This document shows positions 61,849-64,000 of a stretch of DNA of 64,000 nt, one piece after another. Source of the DNA: Mycoplasmatota bacterium (lineage in GTDB: Bacteria > Bacillota_I > Bacilli_A > MAG-NZ). The stretch covers positions 558,001 through 622,000 of the forward strand of contig CP074575.1 in NCBI GenBank assembly GCA_018394315.1. The letters run 5' to 3'. Under the pieces are notes generated by a model that did no database searches, was not told the origin of the DNA, and was given only the letters and a program-made list of their open reading frames with translations. The translations under genes were made by a program, and so were the position numbers. How positions within the stretch are numbered: the stretch's first letter is position 1; each line of letters starts with the position of its first letter.

Positions 61849-63072
61849 TTGAAGTCTTTGAAGATAATTGGTGGAAACCATTTGTCTGGTGATGTAATAA
61901 TCGATGGTGCTAAAAACAGTGCTTTACCAATTATCGCTGCATCACTTCTATGTGAAGAGAGTGTGTTAAGTAATATACCTAATATAACTGATGTTTTAAA
62001 AATGTTAGATATTCTAAAAATCATTGGTTGTGAGTATAAGATTAAGAATAAGAAGGTAATCATTAATTCATCTGGATTAAAAAGTAATGTTCTAGATAAC
62101 TCGCTTATTTCTGATATCCGAGGCTCTTATTATTTAATGGGTGTACTAATAAATATATTTGATTCGCTCACGATAAATTATCCTGGAGGATGTAAAATTG
62201 GTGATAGACCAATTAACTTTCATTTAGATGGATTTAAGCAGCTAGGAATTGAAGTTAAGGAAGAAGAGAATCAGATACAGATATCGAAAAAGGAAATTCT
62301 AGGTGGAAAAATTACTTTACCTAAATCCTCAGTTGGCGCAACGATTAACTTAATTTTCGCGAGTGTTAAGTGTAAAGGTGTTACTGTTATAGAAAATGCA
62401 TCTATTGAGCCTGAGGTAGAAGATGTTATCAGTTTCCTTAATTTAATGGGGGCAAAAATTTCATGGATAGATAATAAGGTAGTTGAAATAAGAGGAGTTA
62501 CTAAGCTAAATAATGTAGAATTCAAAATTAAACCTGATCGTATCGAAGCTGGTACATATGCAGTAATAGGAGCACTATTTGGTGAAGTTAGATTATTTAA
62601 TGTTAATATTCACGATATGAAAAGTACTCTTAATGTTCTTGAAGAATTAGGGTGTGAGATATCTTATAATGATAATATATTAAAGATTAAAAGAAAGGAA
62701 CTAAAAAAAGTTGATATAGTGACAAATCCATACCCAGGGTTTCCAACAGATTTGCAACAACCATTTACTGTTGTGCTCACCAAAGTAGGTGGCAGTGTTA
62801 CCGATAATATCTTTAATAATAGATTTAGTAATTGCCTTGAAATTAATAAGATGAATGGTGATATTGCGATTAGTGATGATTCTATTAGTATAAAGCCTAC
62901 CAAGTTAAAAGGCACCAAAGTGAAAGCAAATAATTTAAGAGGTGGAATGTCTTTAGTGCTAGCTGGACTAATAGCTGAAGGTGAAACCACTGTAGAGAAT
63001 ATTGAAATCATCGAAAGAGGATATCCAAACTTCATTAATAAACTTCTTAAATTAGGCGCAAAGATTATTTAA
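61849..63072 (+). CDS. murA: UDP-N-acetylglucosamine 1-carboxyvinyltransferase (MurAB/MurZ-type position)
   Basis: GAKNSALP, PGGCKIGDRP catalytic Cys, SVGAT, PDRIEAGT, YPGFPTDLQ. Confidence 0.93.
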   Translation: MKSLKIIGGNHLSGDVIIDGAKNSALPIIAASLLCEESVLSNIPNITDVLKMLDILKIIGCEYKIKNKKVIINSSGLKSNVLDNSLISDIRGSYYLMGVLINIFDSLTINYPGGCKIGDRPINFHLDGFKQLGIEVKEEENQIQISKKEILGGKITLPKSSVGATINLIFASVKCKGVTVIENASIEPEVEDVISFLNLMGAKISWIDNKVVEIRGVTKLNNVEFKIKPDRIEAGTYAVIGALFGEVRLFNVNIHDMKSTLNVLEELGCEISYNDNILKIKRKELKKVDIVTNPYPGFPTDLQQPFTVVLTKVGGSVTDNIFNNRFSNCLEINKMNGDIAISDDSISIKPTKLKGTKVKANNLRGGMSLVLAGLIAEGETTVENIEIIERGYPNFINKLLKLGAKII

Positions 63073-63239
63073 CCATCATTCGAAACCCTCTTCTAAAATG
63101 AAGAGGGATTTTTTCTTTTAAACATTATACAGAGATTTATATTGTTAATTCTCTCAAGTTAATCATTTAGTTAATAAATTACTGATACTATACTATAAAT
63201 TTCGCTTATGTTATTATCTTTTCTTTATAAAGAAAACAC

Positions 63240-63268
63240 TTGAAAATATAGCTAATAATTGTTATAAT
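63240..63268 (+). promoter_or_regulatory. Sigma-A promoter of rpmE
   Basis: TTGAAA-17 bp-TATAAT with TG upstream of the -10. Confidence 0.7.
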
Positions 63269-63323
63269 AATTGAGCAAAAACTTACTATGGTCCAAGGGA
63301 CTATGGCGGAAGGAGAAAATTTA

Positions 63324-63614
63324 ATGAGAGAGAGTATTCATCCTAAGTATAATACGGTTACAGTTACTTGTACTACTTGTGGTGCAGAATTTGAGACTGG
63401 TTCAGTTTTAGATTCAATCAAGGTAGATACATGTTCTAATTGTCATCCTTTCTATACAGGAAAACAAAACGCAATTCAAGCAGATGGTCGTGTTGATAGA
63501 TTTAACAAGCGTTTCGAAACAGCTCAAAAAGTCAAAGCTGAACATGATCAAATTGTGACAGAAAGAGCCAAGAGAGCTGCTGAAAGAGCTGCACTAGAAG
63601 AAGAAAATAATTAA
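63324..63614 (+). CDS. rpmE: 50S ribosomal protein L31 (Zn-binding type, charged C-terminal extension)
   Basis: [39 protein letters not shown]. Confidence 0.95.
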   Translation: MRESIHPKYNTVTVTCTTCGAEFETGSVLDSIKVDTCSNCHPFYTGKQNAIQADGRVDRFNKRFETAQKVKAEHDQIVTERAKRAAERAALEEENN

Positions 63615-63616
63615 TG

Positions 63617-63640
63617 AAAAGTCACTAAGTGACTTTTTTC
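63617..63640 (+). terminator. Terminator after rpmE
   Basis: AAAAGTCAC-taa-GTGACTTTTTT. Confidence 0.75.
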
Positions 63641-63730
63641 TTTTTATGTAAATCAAAGAGTTGTAGACTATTGTCATTTGGAATTTCTTTTTTATGTAAA
63701 ATAATATAAAATAACTATGGAGGGGATACT

Positions 63731-64000
63731 ATGTATATTACACCAAGAGAAGGTTGGGTAGAAGTGATTTGTGGGAGCATGTTTGCAGGAAAAACAGAAG
63801 AATTGATTCGTAGAATTAAAAGAATAGATTATGCTAAAAAGAAGGTCTTGGTTTTTAGACCTGCCATAGATAATAGATATAGTGATACTGAGGTTGTTTC
63901 TCACAGTAATTTTAGATATACGGCTAATGTCATTGAGAAAGCGAGAGAAATTATGGATTTTGTAACAACGGAGACTTATGCAGTAGCTATTGATGAAGCT
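63731..64000 (+). CDS. tdk: Thymidine kinase, runs off the window end
   Basis: ATG after GGAGG; GWVEVICGSMFAGKTEELIRR, AIDE; rpmE-tdk gene order. Confidence 0.93.
   Translation, partial: MYITPREGWVEVICGSMFAGKTEELIRRIKRIDYAKKKVLVFRPAIDNRYSDTEVVSHSNFRYTANVIEKAREIMDFVTTETYAVAIDEA

Noticed and set aside
3099..63904. Many 60-150 aa ORFs antisense to or nested in long genes (e.g. 5214-5537, 9374-9766, 39254-39616, 55636-56097, 63692-63904)
   Set aside because: Shadow frames of well-supported genes, with no recognisable motifs.

Overview
AT-rich chromosome segment of an anaerobic low-GC Firmicute (Bacilli-like gene orders prs-pth-mfd-spoVT and murA-rpmE-tdk; standard genetic code). Most of it is housekeeping and energy metabolism: a NuoE/NuoF/GltD-NuoG-fusion trio resembling Stn/NfnABC-type bifurcating transhydrogenases, purA, fhs, a dap cluster, folD, glycine cleavage genes with lplA/lipA, glyA coupled to an rnfCDGEAB cluster, glnA and class I fumarase. 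The standout feature is an ~12 kb accessory region between fhs and an aminotransferase gene (about 18.0-30.1 kb). It is built as an array of mostly single-gene units separated by a co-oriented short repeat, CGGATTTTCAATCC: 14 clear copies plus about 3 degenerate ones. On the minus strand the repeat reads GGATTGAAAATCCGTRTGTC, which matches my recollection of the anticodon arm and variable loop of bacterial tRNA-Phe(GAA). Many copies are paired with one of two conserved terminator-like hairpins. No integrase, cas gene, attC structure or intact tRNA is visible in the window, so this looks like an integron-like cassette array using tRNA-anticodon-like sites. That interpretation is inference and needs testing.
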